Notes under the pieces: generated by a model
Told to the model about the DNA's origin: nothing
Databases searched by the model: none
The model's input: the letters and a program-made list of their open reading frames with translations, nothing else
In this document: piece by piece, positions 1 to 9,073 of the stretch
Numbering within the stretch: the first letter of the stretch is position 1
Layout: every line of letters starts with the position of its first letter
Made by a program: the position numbers and the translations under genes
Sequence record: MW250786
Length of the DNA: 64,000 nucleotides
From: Escherichia phage UPEC06
Direction: 5' to 3' (one strand)

Positions 1-1075
1 GACAAAACTCTCTTCTCTCTTCTCTCCCCAAATAAATTTTTTCTTGCTTTTATTGCCAGAGTATGGCGGGGCGCTCAGGCTATTGATGGCCCTGATGGAG
101 TCGCTCCTGCACAGTTGGGATAGTTCATCGTTGGATAGTCACAAGTTGGTATTATTCTTCCCACTAGTTGGAACAGGCCAGAACTGGCGGGGCTTGGAGT
201 CGCTCCACTTGTTGGGCGGAAGAAGGGCGCTTGCAGTGCGTATAAGTTGTATTATGTTAAATGCAGATCGAAATCGGTATTCTAAATCAGATTCAGAAGT
301 CAATAGAAATCTTTAACTTTATTGTTGGGGTAGCACAACATTTTTCTTGACAAGTCGAATCAAAGATGTATTGCGGATTGAAAATAAATGAAGATAATGC
401 TTGACTTCTTGGATATTTTGAAAACATCGGACCCCCTCTCCCTCCCCCACGGTCGCCGTGCCTGGCAGCAGTGCCAACGCACTAAACAAAAAAGATGCAA
501 ACATCCTTTGCTTTCTTGCTGACGAAGAACAAGGTCAACAGACAACAGACAAGGCTGGTTAGACTGGTTAGACTGGTTAGCCTCTTCAGGCCATCACCTT
601 TGGGCACAGATATATTTGGGCAGGATAAATAATGGACCCACCCCATAAGAGGTGACTCAAAATTTTGGCGGGAGGGTAAAATAACTAAAAAGATGGCCCT
701 TGTGCTGTGGGTCGTCCTCTACGGGATAGCCTCGATAGGCTCTCTGTGGTTTACATTGTGGGATATACTGACACCACAGGTGTTACTATAGGTGTTACTC
801 CGTGGCAAGAACTAATGTTACTCTGTGGACAATCGGAGTGCCTCGATAGGCAGAATTGACTTGACTCTGTGGGGCAAAGTGGGGGTGTCTCAGTAGGCCA
901 ACAGTGGTTACTCTTTAGGCAAACTACCTAATTTTGGGAGAAACTGATATTTGTGGGAATCGTTGTACGACATTTGGGCATTATTGTAGGTGGAGTACAA
1001 CAGTTTGGAAGGACGATATAGTTTGGTGGGCACAACATTTTGGGATGAGCAGAGGAGTTTGGTTGCAATCCAGAT
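1..1075. repeat. ORF-poor, repeat-rich non-coding region (polypyrimidine tract at 12-30, C-rich tract at 431-447, dispersed ctctgtgg / gttact / cctcgatagg / ttttggg motifs)
   Basis: Read directly: no long ORF with an RBS; composition differs from the coding block; several short motifs recur. Confidence 0.5.
536..581. repeat. Short tandem repeats: caacaga x2 followed by ctggttaga x3 (third copy ctggttagc)
   Basis: Exact tandem units read directly from the sequence. Confidence 0.8.
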
Positions 1076-1102
1076 GCAAAAAGCACCCACTTTTGGGGTG
1101 CT
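1076..1102 (-). terminator. Putative intrinsic terminator downstream of the minus-strand gene ending at 1118
   Basis: Hairpin agcaccc/ggggtgct with an A-run on the plus strand (U-run on the minus transcript). Confidence 0.4.
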
Positions 1103-1117
1103 CTCTGTAGTTCAGGA

Positions 1118-1516
1118 TCAGACAGCCAGTCGTCTGAGGGCATACGTTGGATTGTCAATGTCAAATAGATTGACAAGCTTAACAATTCTGTAGCTCTGGG
1201 CTTTTACTGACTTGTATTGAGATTTATCTTTGTCCTCTGAAAGAATAATAGACTCAATGCCATTGTCGTAGGCGTACTCAAGGTAGCTCTGAGTAAACCC
1301 AAGGGCATCTGCATCCTTCTTGGCTATTTCGTAGACAAATTGCGCCTCTGTTCCGTCATAAATTACCTTCTTGTCTTTCGGTTCTATATAGACTCTACGT
1401 ACAGAGCCAGAACCAATCTTCTGCTCTTGTTCTTTACGCCTTTCGGCCTCTTCTGCCAAAGATTTCCGTGTACCATTCCAACGATGTGCGATTTTACTTA
1501 CCATTCCGGCCTCCAA
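1118..1516 (-). CDS. hypothetical protein
   Basis: 132-aa ORF at the end of the co-directional minus-strand block; no recognisable motif. Confidence 0.5.
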   Translation of the reverse strand: MEAGMVSKIAHRWNGTRKSLAEEAERRKEQEQKIGSGSVRRVYIEPKDKKVIYDGTEAQFVYEIAKKDADALGFTQSYLEYAYDNGIESIILSEDKDKSQYKSVKAQSYRIVKLVNLFDIDNPTYALRRLAV

Positions 1517-1734
1517 GTGATATCAACTTTAATTTCTACCTGTGCCAGCACGAAAGGGCGGTCATCACCACTGAAGTTATGTCGCCAATCCGTCTCTCGA
1601 ATGTCCAGATAGTCTTTACTCTTAACGTCGTAGAACGTAAACGTGCCTGACTTCCTGTACACTTCGTCATTAGGGCCGTCCACATGACCAAAGTATGCAC
1701 CCCTTTTAATTTCTTGAAAGTTATAATTCGCCAT
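1498..1734 (-). CDS. hypothetical protein
   Basis: 78-aa ORF in the co-directional block. Confidence 0.45.
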   Translation of the reverse strand: MANYNFQEIKRGAYFGHVDGPNDEVYRKSGTFTFYDVKSKDYLDIRETDWRHNFSGDDRPFVLAQVEIKVDITWRPEW

Positions 1735-1745
1735 ATTAATCCTTA

Positions 1746-1940
1746 TCAGTAGTATTCATATTCATCACCCATGTACCAAGTGTCGTACCCTTGGTTGTAG
1801 GTATATGATTTAGTTGGTGTTTTCTTTGTCTGATCTTTAGAGAACAATGCCGTGCCGTCCTTAAGGAATCCAGTAGCTTCCTCTCCTTTCAGTACGACAC
1901 GACCTTTCTTTTTCCACTCTTCAAATGTACGGTATACCAT
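1746..1940 (-). CDS. hypothetical protein
   Basis: ATG at 1940 preceded by a GGGAGAG RBS; start adjusted from the ORF-track 1994. Confidence 0.5.
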   Translation of the reverse strand: MVYRTFEEWKKKGRVVLKGEEATGFLKDGTALFSKDQTKKTPTKSYTYNQGYDTWYMGDEYEYY

Positions 1941-1941
1941 A

Positions 1942-2151
1942 TCACTTCTCTCCCTTCTCCGCTTCGTCTGCTGCGGCGATAAGTGCTGCCGCAAGCTTAC
2001 GTGCTGCCTCGGGTGTGTAGTACATTAATGTATTTCCTTCTTCATATTCGTCTGGATTGAAGTCTACTGAGATGAGGTTGCCGATCCCAGACTTCTTGAT
2101 GCTAACCTCGGTTTCGTCGAAATCAACGTCTTCAATGCGTACAGTTTTCAT
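1942..2151 (-). CDS. hypothetical protein
   Basis: 69-aa ORF abutting the downstream gene. Confidence 0.45.
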   Translation of the reverse strand: MKTVRIEDVDFDETEVSIKKSGIGNLISVDFNPDEYEEGNTLMYYTPEAARKLAAALIAAADEAEKGEK

Positions 2152-2182
2152 AGTAATTTCCTCTTTATTGTCGATAGGGTAA

Positions 2183-2503
2183 TTATGATTTAAACCCTGA
2201 CGTTAAGTGTTCGCCAAGTGCCCCACTTACCCACAATCTGCAGATGTTGTGCTCTTTGCGTAGCTCTTTCCCGTAAACTACATCACCGTGATTGAACTCG
2301 GCGAAGGTGTAGTAATCCACATCCAGATACCAGATTCGGATAGTCATACCTTTCTCCCAAGCACGGTTCATCAGAGTCATCTGGTAAGTGTGTACATCAT
2401 CCAGACCTTCCTTAAAAATCAGGTAGTTAGAGTAACCGAACGACCCGTGGACGTTAAATCGCAGCGGTGCACAAGTAGGGTGAAAGTTTACAATTTTAGT
2501 CAT
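2183..2503 (-). CDS. hypothetical protein
   Basis: 106-aa ORF in the co-directional block. Confidence 0.5.
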   Translation of the reverse strand: MTKIVNFHPTCAPLRFNVHGSFGYSNYLIFKEGLDDVHTYQMTLMNRAWEKGMTIRIWYLDVDYYTFAEFNHGDVVYGKELRKEHNICRLWVSGALGEHLTSGFKS

Positions 2504-2697
2504 TATTTACTCCTTGGTAAGTCACAATCTAAAAGGTCAATCAAACCTACAGCGTCGAGGTGTCCGGTGATGATATGTTCCTCTTCCTTAAGGCACTTCC
2601 TGCAAACACGTATTGCACGGGTCTTCGGGACTGATCGCTCGCTGTACTGACTCCAATAGGTGAGTACCCAGTCCTTCTTTATGTCAGTGTGATTCAT
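2503..2697 (-). CDS. hypothetical protein
   Basis: 64-aa ORF in the co-directional block. Confidence 0.4.
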   Translation of the reverse strand: MNHTDIKKDWVLTYWSQYSERSVPKTRAIRVCRKCLKEEEHIITGHLDAVGLIDLLDCDLPRSK

Positions 2698-2779
2698 CGT
2701 CCTTTCTCCATAATGTCCACCATAATCATGGAGAACGCCAGTATCAGTAGTGGTAGCGCGATCACTACCCCTGCGGTCA

Positions 2780-2926
2780 TCATAATTGCTCCAGAGCCGA
2801 CAGTACGGCGACGAATGCGAGTAACACTAAGATAATGCCCCAGGTCAAGTAATAATACCAATTAGGCCATAAAAGGTAGTCACAATTCTCCCAAAGGGCG
2901 TTCGGGTTGTCTTTATTTCCAGTCAT
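2780..2926 (-). CDS. small membrane protein (single predicted TM helix)
   Basis: Internal ATG at 2926; hydrophobic segment ILVLLAFVAVLSAL. Confidence 0.3.
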   Translation of the reverse strand: MTGNKDNPNALWENCDYLLWPNWYYYLTWGIILVLLAFVAVLSALEQL

Positions 2927-3197
2927 AGAAGTCCACTGGCTTAGGATCACCGAGGTAATCTGTGCAATAAGTACGGAATGAGGTCTTTGCATCTTCCAGA
3001 GTAAACCCTGCTGGCATAGCGAGGCTTGCCTCATCCCAAAAGATGTACTCTACGTGACCATCACCGTAGATCACTTCTTCGATGGTTGCCAGATTAGTAG
3101 CCTTCATCTCAAATTCTCCTCGATTATACTCCGCATGGAACTTAGATGGACAGAAAAATTGATTATCTAACATACCCGCACGACGTTTCTTTTCCAT
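2913..3197 (-). CDS. hypothetical protein
   Basis: 94-aa ORF in the co-directional block. Confidence 0.5.
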   Translation of the reverse strand: MEKKRRAGMLDNQFFCPSKFHAEYNRGEFEMKATNLATIEEVIYGDGHVEYIFWDEASLAMPAGFTLEDAKTSFRTYCTDYLGDPKPVDFYDWK

Positions 3198-3206
3198 TAT
3201 AGCCCC

Positions 3207-3674
3207 TTACTTTTTACTAATGATTAATTTTTGAATGTTTTCAACGGCTTGGTCGAAAGGAATTTCATATTCTTCGATCAATGCCAGAAGTTTTGCTTTT
3301 GCTTCTTGATTGCGCTCTTCTTGCACTTCTTTAAGAAGCTCGCCATACTTATCTTTCAGCATTTGCTCCGAGATATCATAGGCTTCTGCCAGAATAGCAT
3401 CGATTTTGTCGTCGAGTTCTAAACATTCCGGCGTTGCAGTCTTTCCACTTGCCCAGCAAGCACCCATATAGCCATCAATACCGACGATGAAATCATTCCA
3501 GTTAGTGTAGTAACTTACCCCCTTAGAGATATCATAATCTTGAGCCAAGGCTTCTTTGAACATCTCATCTGCAAGCTTCTGGATCAGTTCTTTACGATCA
3601 GGGGTGCAGAAAGCAAAGAAATAGCTGGATGTATGTTCAGGAAATTCACGACGATAGACTGTTAAGCTGTACAT
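3207..3674 (-). CDS. hypothetical protein
   Basis: 155-aa ORF in the co-directional block. Confidence 0.55.
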   Translation of the reverse strand: MYSLTVYRREFPEHTSSYFFAFCTPDRKELIQKLADEMFKEALAQDYDISKGVSYYTNWNDFIVGIDGYMGACWASGKTATPECLELDDKIDAILAEAYDISEQMLKDKYGELLKEVQEERNQEAKAKLLALIEEYEIPFDQAVENIQKLIISKK

Positions 3675-3709
3675 TTTGTTCTCCTCTTTGATTTGATATG
3701 CTCAGTATA

Positions 3710-3874
3710 TTAGTTTCCGGTGTACTCTGCAACCTTTTCTTGCAATTCTGAGTGAATTTTTGCCAGTTTCTGCATTTTGTCCCTGTCCCAAGGCTTCTTC
3801 TCAAAGTCAGAAACAGTATTTGCGTAAGTCTCGATCATTGCCATCAGGTCGTAGTATTTTTCTTGTGGTGTCAT
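3710..3874 (-). CDS. hypothetical protein
   Basis: ATG at 3874 with an AGGAG RBS 6 nt upstream; start adjusted. Confidence 0.5.
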   Translation of the reverse strand: MTPQEKYYDLMAMIETYANTVSDFEKKPWDRDKMQKLAKIHSELQEKVAEYTGN

Positions 3875-4043
3875 GTTAGTCTCCTGTTTAGTTGATGAAC
3901 TTAATGTACAGGACAAAAGGGGAGAATGCAAGAACTTTTTAAAGCCTCTTAGAAGGCTTCTCACGAGGTTATTTAAGTAGGGTATACATTCGGGTAGGTT
4001 AGTCAGTTTAGGTCGTTACAGTGCACCCTGTGAAGCGGTAGGC

Positions 4044-4070
4044 AATAAAAAACCGCCCGAAGGCGGTTTG
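4044..4070 (-). terminator. Intrinsic terminator (aaccgcc-cgaa-ggcggtt hairpin plus U-run on the minus transcript)
   Basis: Perfect 7-bp stem with tetraloop and flanking A-run on the plus strand, directly downstream of the gene ending at 4085. Confidence 0.7.
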
Positions 4071-4084
4071 TATTTATCGAATTG

Positions 4085-5227
4085 TTATTCCGGCAATTCC
4101 AGAACAGAGAAAGTCAGAACCTGTGTCGTTCCGTAGCCAGGCAACAACTGTGTTGCCTGTGCACCCTGACCAACACCGTACAGAACCCCTCTGTCCAAGT
4201 AGTAGTTTATAGAATATTCAGACTTTATTGAAGAATACTCCCCACCGTAAGGTACAACAGGATCTAGGGCCGTAAACACCGCATAAGTAGGTTGGAAAGT
4301 AGTCCCTACACCTTGCAAGTTCCCTGTTCCTTGTCCTGTAAAATATATTCTGCCGTTAGGGTGTTCAACACGGGCAGAGTAATGGCTGATATATATCTTA
4401 GGTCTTGAAGGCATATTGGAGAGTACCAGTGTTGGTGAGAGAATTGACACGTTCGCGGTACTATTGGTCCCTAAACTTTTGTTAGTGTCCCTCCCCTGAG
4501 CATAGATATGATATGCCCCACTTGCCTCCACAATCCTGAAAAATCCATAGGTTGTTGCAACTATATCAACCACTGTTCCACTTACGTTACTCTGCCTCAT
4601 CCACGTTGTAGAGTTAGTCGTCGTTCCATTCTGACCGTAAGCAGACTCTCCTGCTACATAAACTTCCCCTGTTTTAGTCAGAAGGTAGGACGTATCATAA
4701 GTTGCCCAATCAAGATCTATTTTTTCAACATTCTTAAAATCCGTCCTCAATGTCAGAGTTCTCACAACAGCAGTAGTCCCAACACCTAATCCACCCCTGT
4801 TATTAGTCCCGCACATTGCATACTGCCCATCTTCGAATACAACGGCAACGTTACGATAACTCATGACCACTTGTTTAATAGAGAGTCCAGCAGGGATAGG
4901 CATATCCACTGTAACATCCGTCAGGGTATTTAGTGTTGTACCAAAGCCAGTGTTAAAATACTGGTTAAACCCCATAAACAACCACCTATCTGCGGTTGTC
5001 CTTGCAAGAACAGAAGCCGATGCAGTCCACACATCTGCAATATTTGTTGCCAAGTACCTCCAAGTGTTCACAGTGGAACTCGTACCACTGAAATATTGGC
5101 TACCACGACCATAAAGATTACCAGACTTCATAAGAACAACGATACCCGACTGTCCGGCAGCGAATTTCTTAACTTTACCCTCTACCTCGGGTAGTTCACC
5201 AATGCCTAAGTTCATCATTTCTAACAT
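4085..5227 (-). CDS. RCC1-like repeat (predicted beta-propeller) protein, paralog A
   Basis: Starts MLEMMNLG; recurring G-x-h-Y-x-x-G-x-x-x-G-x-G repeats; AAGGA RBS before the ATG at 5227. Confidence 0.65.
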   Translation of the reverse strand: MLEMMNLGIGELPEVEGKVKKFAAGQSGIVVLMKSGNLYGRGSQYFSGTSSTVNTWRYLATNIADVWTASASVLARTTADRWLFMGFNQYFNTGFGTTLNTLTDVTVDMPIPAGLSIKQVVMSYRNVAVVFEDGQYAMCGTNNRGGLGVGTTAVVRTLTLRTDFKNVEKIDLDWATYDTSYLLTKTGEVYVAGESAYGQNGTTTNSTTWMRQSNVSGTVVDIVATTYGFFRIVEASGAYHIYAQGRDTNKSLGTNSTANVSILSPTLVLSNMPSRPKIYISHYSARVEHPNGRIYFTGQGTGNLQGVGTTFQPTYAVFTALDPVVPYGGEYSSIKSEYSINYYLDRGVLYGVGQGAQATQLLPGYGTTQVLTFSVLELPE

Positions 5228-5236
5228 AATTTTTCC

Positions 5237-6370
5237 TTATTCAAGTCCAGTAAGGTCCAGTGGTACATAGGTTGTCTGGTCTGTTGTGTATCCAGGTAAT
5301 TTACCTGTAGAAGCGCCACCAGATCCATACAAAATTCCATCTTCTGCCAGAACGTAAGTGTTTGTATAATTACCTCTTTGAAATATTTGACCCCATAACG
5401 GACTTGCTGTAGTGGTTATTCTAGTAATACCGTAGTACGTCTGAGTTCCCAATCCCCAGCCTGTCCCCTCAGTCCTCCCCGTAATACCGATATTGTTATT
5501 TATTCTCCTCACAAGACCTTGGGCGAGAGGGTAAAACCCGTAAGCGGGTGAATAAACACTGCTTGTGACTACAGATATGTCAGTTACAGTTGCAACAGTA
5601 GATGCTGCACCTAATGACCCAGATGCGTTGCTACCTAAGCCAAGTATCAATTCATCCCTGTCTGTGCGTGAGCCTGAAATATACACGCACTCATATCCAG
5701 TCTTTAATGCAAGTGGTGCTGAGTTTATTGGGTTTGGTATTCTAACAAAAGAGGTCCTTTGGCCTGTCCCGTTGGAAGAAGAAAACTTAGAGTAAGCCCC
5801 GTTTCCACATCCGTATACATCACCCCCACTTATAATCCAGGTAGTAACTGAAGTATCCAATATTGCAACATCTTTAATACCCAACGAAGTATTGGGTGGT
5901 TCAACATAAGTTAAATTCGGGACTGAAGTATTGGAACCTAAGCCTAAATGGGGGCCTGATCCCGCAACTGCCAGAGTATTATCTGTATAAAGGAAAGCGA
6001 TCGCATTAGCACCCATTTCTATTTTTCTTATCGGCTTATTGATTGCCATTACCTTAGCCGTTACGTCAACGGGCGTATTCTCTACTCTAGGTACGAAGAA
6101 GTTATACCCTGTAATAAACCACGATCCCCCTTTTGTTTTGAACAAGAGCGAAGCTTGCCCAGCCCAGAAGTCATCTACACCAGATGAAACCAACGTCCAT
6201 TCTCTCGTAGTAGCACCTATGCCAGATAAGTTTGCATTTGTAGGTGATATCGAGTACAGATTCCCAGCTTCACTAAGCAAGTGAATACTTTCACTTGCTG
6301 TGATATCGAACTTTTTCAACTTAAATGGGACCTTACCTGCCGCGCCGGATAAATTTAACATCTCTAACAT
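5237..6370 (-). CDS. RCC1-like repeat (predicted beta-propeller) protein, paralog B
   Basis: Internal ATG at 6370 gives MLEMLNLSG; GGAGAA RBS; same repeat architecture as its neighbours. Confidence 0.65.
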   Translation of the reverse strand: MLEMLNLSGAAGKVPFKLKKFDITASESIHLLSEAGNLYSISPTNANLSGIGATTREWTLVSSGVDDFWAGQASLLFKTKGGSWFITGYNFFVPRVENTPVDVTAKVMAINKPIRKIEMGANAIAFLYTDNTLAVAGSGPHLGLGSNTSVPNLTYVEPPNTSLGIKDVAILDTSVTTWIISGGDVYGCGNGAYSKFSSSNGTGQRTSFVRIPNPINSAPLALKTGYECVYISGSRTDRDELILGLGSNASGSLGAASTVATVTDISVVTSSVYSPAYGFYPLAQGLVRRINNNIGITGRTEGTGWGLGTQTYYGITRITTTASPLWGQIFQRGNYTNTYVLAEDGILYGSGGASTGKLPGYTTDQTTYVPLDLTGLE

Positions 6371-6383
6371 TTTATTCTCCTTA

Positions 6384-7583
6384 TTAGTACCAAGGCATAC
6401 TAGCCATGAGGCGCATAGGTGTAACACTGGTCCCTCCATCAGGGAGTGTCCATCCACTTGCTGTTCTACCACCTGCGGCAAACAATTGATAATCTTCAGT
6501 TAAGATAAATGATCGTACATAATCTTTAGCCACCCCAATAACCTTTTTATCTCCGAAGGTTGCAGGTTTGTACATATCCACATAGTTATATACCGATGTA
6601 TAACTTACACCATCACCCACTTGACCTGATCCGTTTTCACCACCGTTTTTGATAGTGTTTCTCCCGAAACAAATGATCGGAGCACCCGTTGCATCACCTG
6701 TTTGGATACCTGATGGATATAATAAATCACCCTCCGGTAAGTTTCCACTCAAGGCATCGTTTTTTATAGGTCGCAGGACCGTTCCTGCGTTGTTAAATGA
6801 ACCCGTTCCCGCAGAACCTTGAGTATTCAAACCGCTCCAATACACGTCTCCATTTTGCATTATTCTCCAAGTACATACCGTAGCAACAATTATGTTTTTA
6901 ACACCCGAAGTAACCAATGTTGGAGTTTGTAAGTGACTGTTAAGAGCACCTAGACCACTTTCCCCGTAAGCATCGTACCCTGCAAAGAATTCCCTGCCAT
7001 CTTCAGTTAAGAAATGAGTACCGAAAGCCCTTGTAGCCAATTGAGATATAGGCCCCATACTGGTGATCTGGACAAAGTTTGCAATCATATTTCTTGTACC
7101 ATTCCCACACTCACCATTAGAGTTAAGACCACAGCAGAAAACACGACCATCTTTTGTCAGAAGCCTACAAGATCCGCTGCCGAGCGCCAGAGTTTTTATA
7201 TCATCAGGTGTCACACCAATATTGTTAAAATGTACTGTAACTTCAGTAAAGTAAGCAACGTTACCACCACCTGTCCCCAGTGGTGGAAATGCGTTCCTGA
7301 TCCCAGCATAATAGAATTTATCATCGTTTGTTGCAACAAGTGTACTAGCCTGACCTAACCAGAAATATTTACAGTTTGAATAGATAGGTTTAAAGCTCGG
7401 TACTTCTGTTGGAATACCGTCCCCGAATCGGTATACAGGTGCATTACCATACCCGTAAAGATTGCCAGTTGGCCTGTGAAGATACATAACCACAGATTGT
7501 TGCGCCTGAATAAATTCAGGTGAGATCTCACTATCAATTGGAGGCAAAGAGGCTACAGCTCCTAAGTTCAACATCTCTAACAT
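6384..7583 (-). CDS. RCC1-like repeat (predicted beta-propeller) protein, paralog C
   Basis: ATG at 7583 gives MLEMLNLGA; GGAGAA RBS; repeats such as GRVFCCGLNSNGECGNG. Confidence 0.65.
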   Translation of the reverse strand: MLEMLNLGAVASLPPIDSEISPEFIQAQQSVVMYLHRPTGNLYGYGNAPVYRFGDGIPTEVPSFKPIYSNCKYFWLGQASTLVATNDDKFYYAGIRNAFPPLGTGGGNVAYFTEVTVHFNNIGVTPDDIKTLALGSGSCRLLTKDGRVFCCGLNSNGECGNGTRNMIANFVQITSMGPISQLATRAFGTHFLTEDGREFFAGYDAYGESGLGALNSHLQTPTLVTSGVKNIIVATVCTWRIMQNGDVYWSGLNTQGSAGTGSFNNAGTVLRPIKNDALSGNLPEGDLLYPSGIQTGDATGAPIICFGRNTIKNGGENGSGQVGDGVSYTSVYNYVDMYKPATFGDKKVIGVAKDYVRSFILTEDYQLFAAGGRTASGWTLPDGGTSVTPMRLMASMPWY

Positions 7584-7660
7584 ACTTAATTCTCCTGTTG
7601 TTTTGGAATACCACAAAGAACCCCATAAAGAGGTTCCTTGATTTCATTATCTACTTTACT

Positions 7661-7666
7661 ATTATA
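7661..7666 (-). promoter_or_regulatory. Possible -10 element (TATAAT on the minus strand) upstream of the RCC1-like gene cluster
   Basis: Exact TATAAT hexamer on the minus strand in the 168-bp intergenic gap; no good -35 found. Confidence 0.25.
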
Positions 7667-7751
7667 CCTGTTTTTCCTTACAAAGTCCAAAAAGGAGCGA
7701 GACTTACTTTCAGGCGCTGTAGACACATACCCTTGTTTTTCTTCACTATTT

Positions 7752-7958
7752 TCAAATTTCAACGATACCCTCCGTGAAAAACAATTTCATAAAGTCCTCT
7801 TCCCAAAACACCATTGCTCCAGAGTGGGTATCAACAACGAAAGTTCTACGTGGGTCACGATAAGTGTTACCAAAGTGAAACTCAAATCGATCACCTTTCT
7901 TGTGCTGCCCGAAATCCTGTTTTAATTCACAAAATTGAACCTGCTCTGAAGAAATCAT
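7752..7958 (-). CDS. hypothetical protein
   Basis: 68-aa ORF. Confidence 0.45.
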   Translation of the reverse strand: MISSEQVQFCELKQDFGQHKKGDRFEFHFGNTYRDPRRTFVVDTHSGAMVFWEEDFMKLFFTEGIVEI

Positions 7959-7968
7959 GTTTTGCCCC

Positions 7969-8196
7969 TTATTCTCTGTAACCTAGGATCTTTACCAGTT
8001 TGTCGGATTTATCTTTTACCCTGCTGTAATAGTATTCAGTCTGAGATTTACTATCACACTTTGTCATTGTGTACCAAAAGAAAAAACCTATCCGTTTTTG
8101 CAAGGCATAAGTAACCTTTTTGCCTGCATGTGTATGATTATATTCAATTAGTACGATTCTGTATCTATTCACAAATCTATTCATGAACTTAAACAT
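7969..8196 (-). CDS. hypothetical protein
   Basis: 75-aa ORF. Confidence 0.45.
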   Translation of the reverse strand: MFKFMNRFVNRYRIVLIEYNHTHAGKKVTYALQKRIGFFFWYTMTKCDSKSQTEYYYSRVKDKSDKLVKILGYRE

Positions 8197-8203
8197 GACT
8201 GCA

Positions 8204-8311
8204 TCACAGCAAGACTAGGACGATGAATGTCGCAATAACCATCACAGCAATCTCAGTTTTGGTAAAGGTAACTTTGTTGGTTGCAGGTACGTTGTTTTTC
8301 CAAATGCTCAT
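8204..8311 (-). CDS. small membrane protein (35 aa), below the ORF-track length cutoff
   Basis: ATG at 8311 with a GAGGAGA RBS; hydrophobic C-terminus IAVMVIATFIVLVLL. Confidence 0.35.
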   Translation of the reverse strand: MSIWKNNVPATNKVTFTKTEIAVMVIATFIVLVLL

Positions 8312-8522
8312 AAATTTCTCCTCGTTTAGTAAATACCTAAGATGAACTCATCGCCACGAAAAACTCCCAGGCTACTTGATTCATTCCACACACCAAAATT
8401 ACCAGTCAGTTCAGAGTCTTCGTAGCTGTAAAGCATCTCGTCTTCTTGATCTTCATAATGCCCGTTACGAATGATGTTGTCAATTACTTTCGTTAAATTT
8501 TTAATTTTATTCTCCTTAGTTA

Positions 8523-8861
8523 TTATAATTCTTCAGCATTTTCCACAGCATGAGCCAGTTCACTCAAGAAATCTTTCAAGCCAATGGTGTACGATTCAAC
8601 AAGGGCCTCTGCAATTTGGCTCTTAAACTTCGAATCGGCTAACTCTTCCATCCGGCTATGTACGCTGATGTTCGTAATCAGAAACTTAACGATATAGCTC
8701 GCCTTGTAGAGCAAAGGGAAGTAATCTTCTACCATGTTTTCAATACGGAAGTATTTTTCTGCGTTGTATTCCCACATAAAAACAGTCGTCAGTTCTTTGG
8801 CAAGTTCATGGTCTTTTTTAGCCATTGCAATCAGATGTTCTATCTCTGCTTGTTCAACCAT
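8523..8861 (-). CDS. hypothetical protein
   Basis: 112-aa ORF. Confidence 0.5.
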   Translation of the reverse strand: MVEQAEIEHLIAMAKKDHELAKELTTVFMWEYNAEKYFRIENMVEDYFPLLYKASYIVKFLITNISVHSRMEELADSKFKSQIAEALVESYTIGLKDFLSELAHAVENAEEL

Positions 8862-9073
8862 TAAATGACCTCCTCTTTAAGAATCTCACGATGACCTGCG
8901 CCGTACCATCCTTTCATCGTATTAACTACACCAACAGCCTCGCCGTATGTTTCAAATTTCGATTCTTCATGTGGGCCAATACGGACAGTTACCCAAAACA
9001 AGTTAAATACTTTACGATGAACTTCATAATGCGTTGATTCACCTTTCCGAACTTTAACGATCCGAACTTTCAT
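8861..9073 (-). CDS. hypothetical protein
   Basis: ATG at 9073 with a GGAGGG RBS; start adjusted. Confidence 0.5.
   Translation of the reverse strand: MKVRIVKVRKGESTHYEVHRKVFNLFWVTVRIGPHEESKFETYGEAVGVVNTMKGWYGAGHREILKEEVI

Noticed and set aside
757-960. DnaA boxes at tgtgggata (759-767) and tgtgggaat (952-960)
   Set aside because: Neither matches the TTATCCACA/TGTGGATAA consensus without an indel.
44-1193. ORF-track ORFs in the left repeat region (44-316 +, 319-504 -, 360-545 -, 908-1090 -, 928-1185 -, 990-1193 +)
   Set aside because: No RBS, mutually overlapping on both strands, low-complexity translations and embedded in short repeats; more likely non-coding.
4508-7358. Plus-strand ORFs nested antisense inside the RCC1-like genes (4508-4789, 4863-5114, 5565-5795, 6039-6284, 6300-6503, 7014-7358, 7063-7254)
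   Set aside because: Antisense to long, well-supported minus-strand genes; no RBS.
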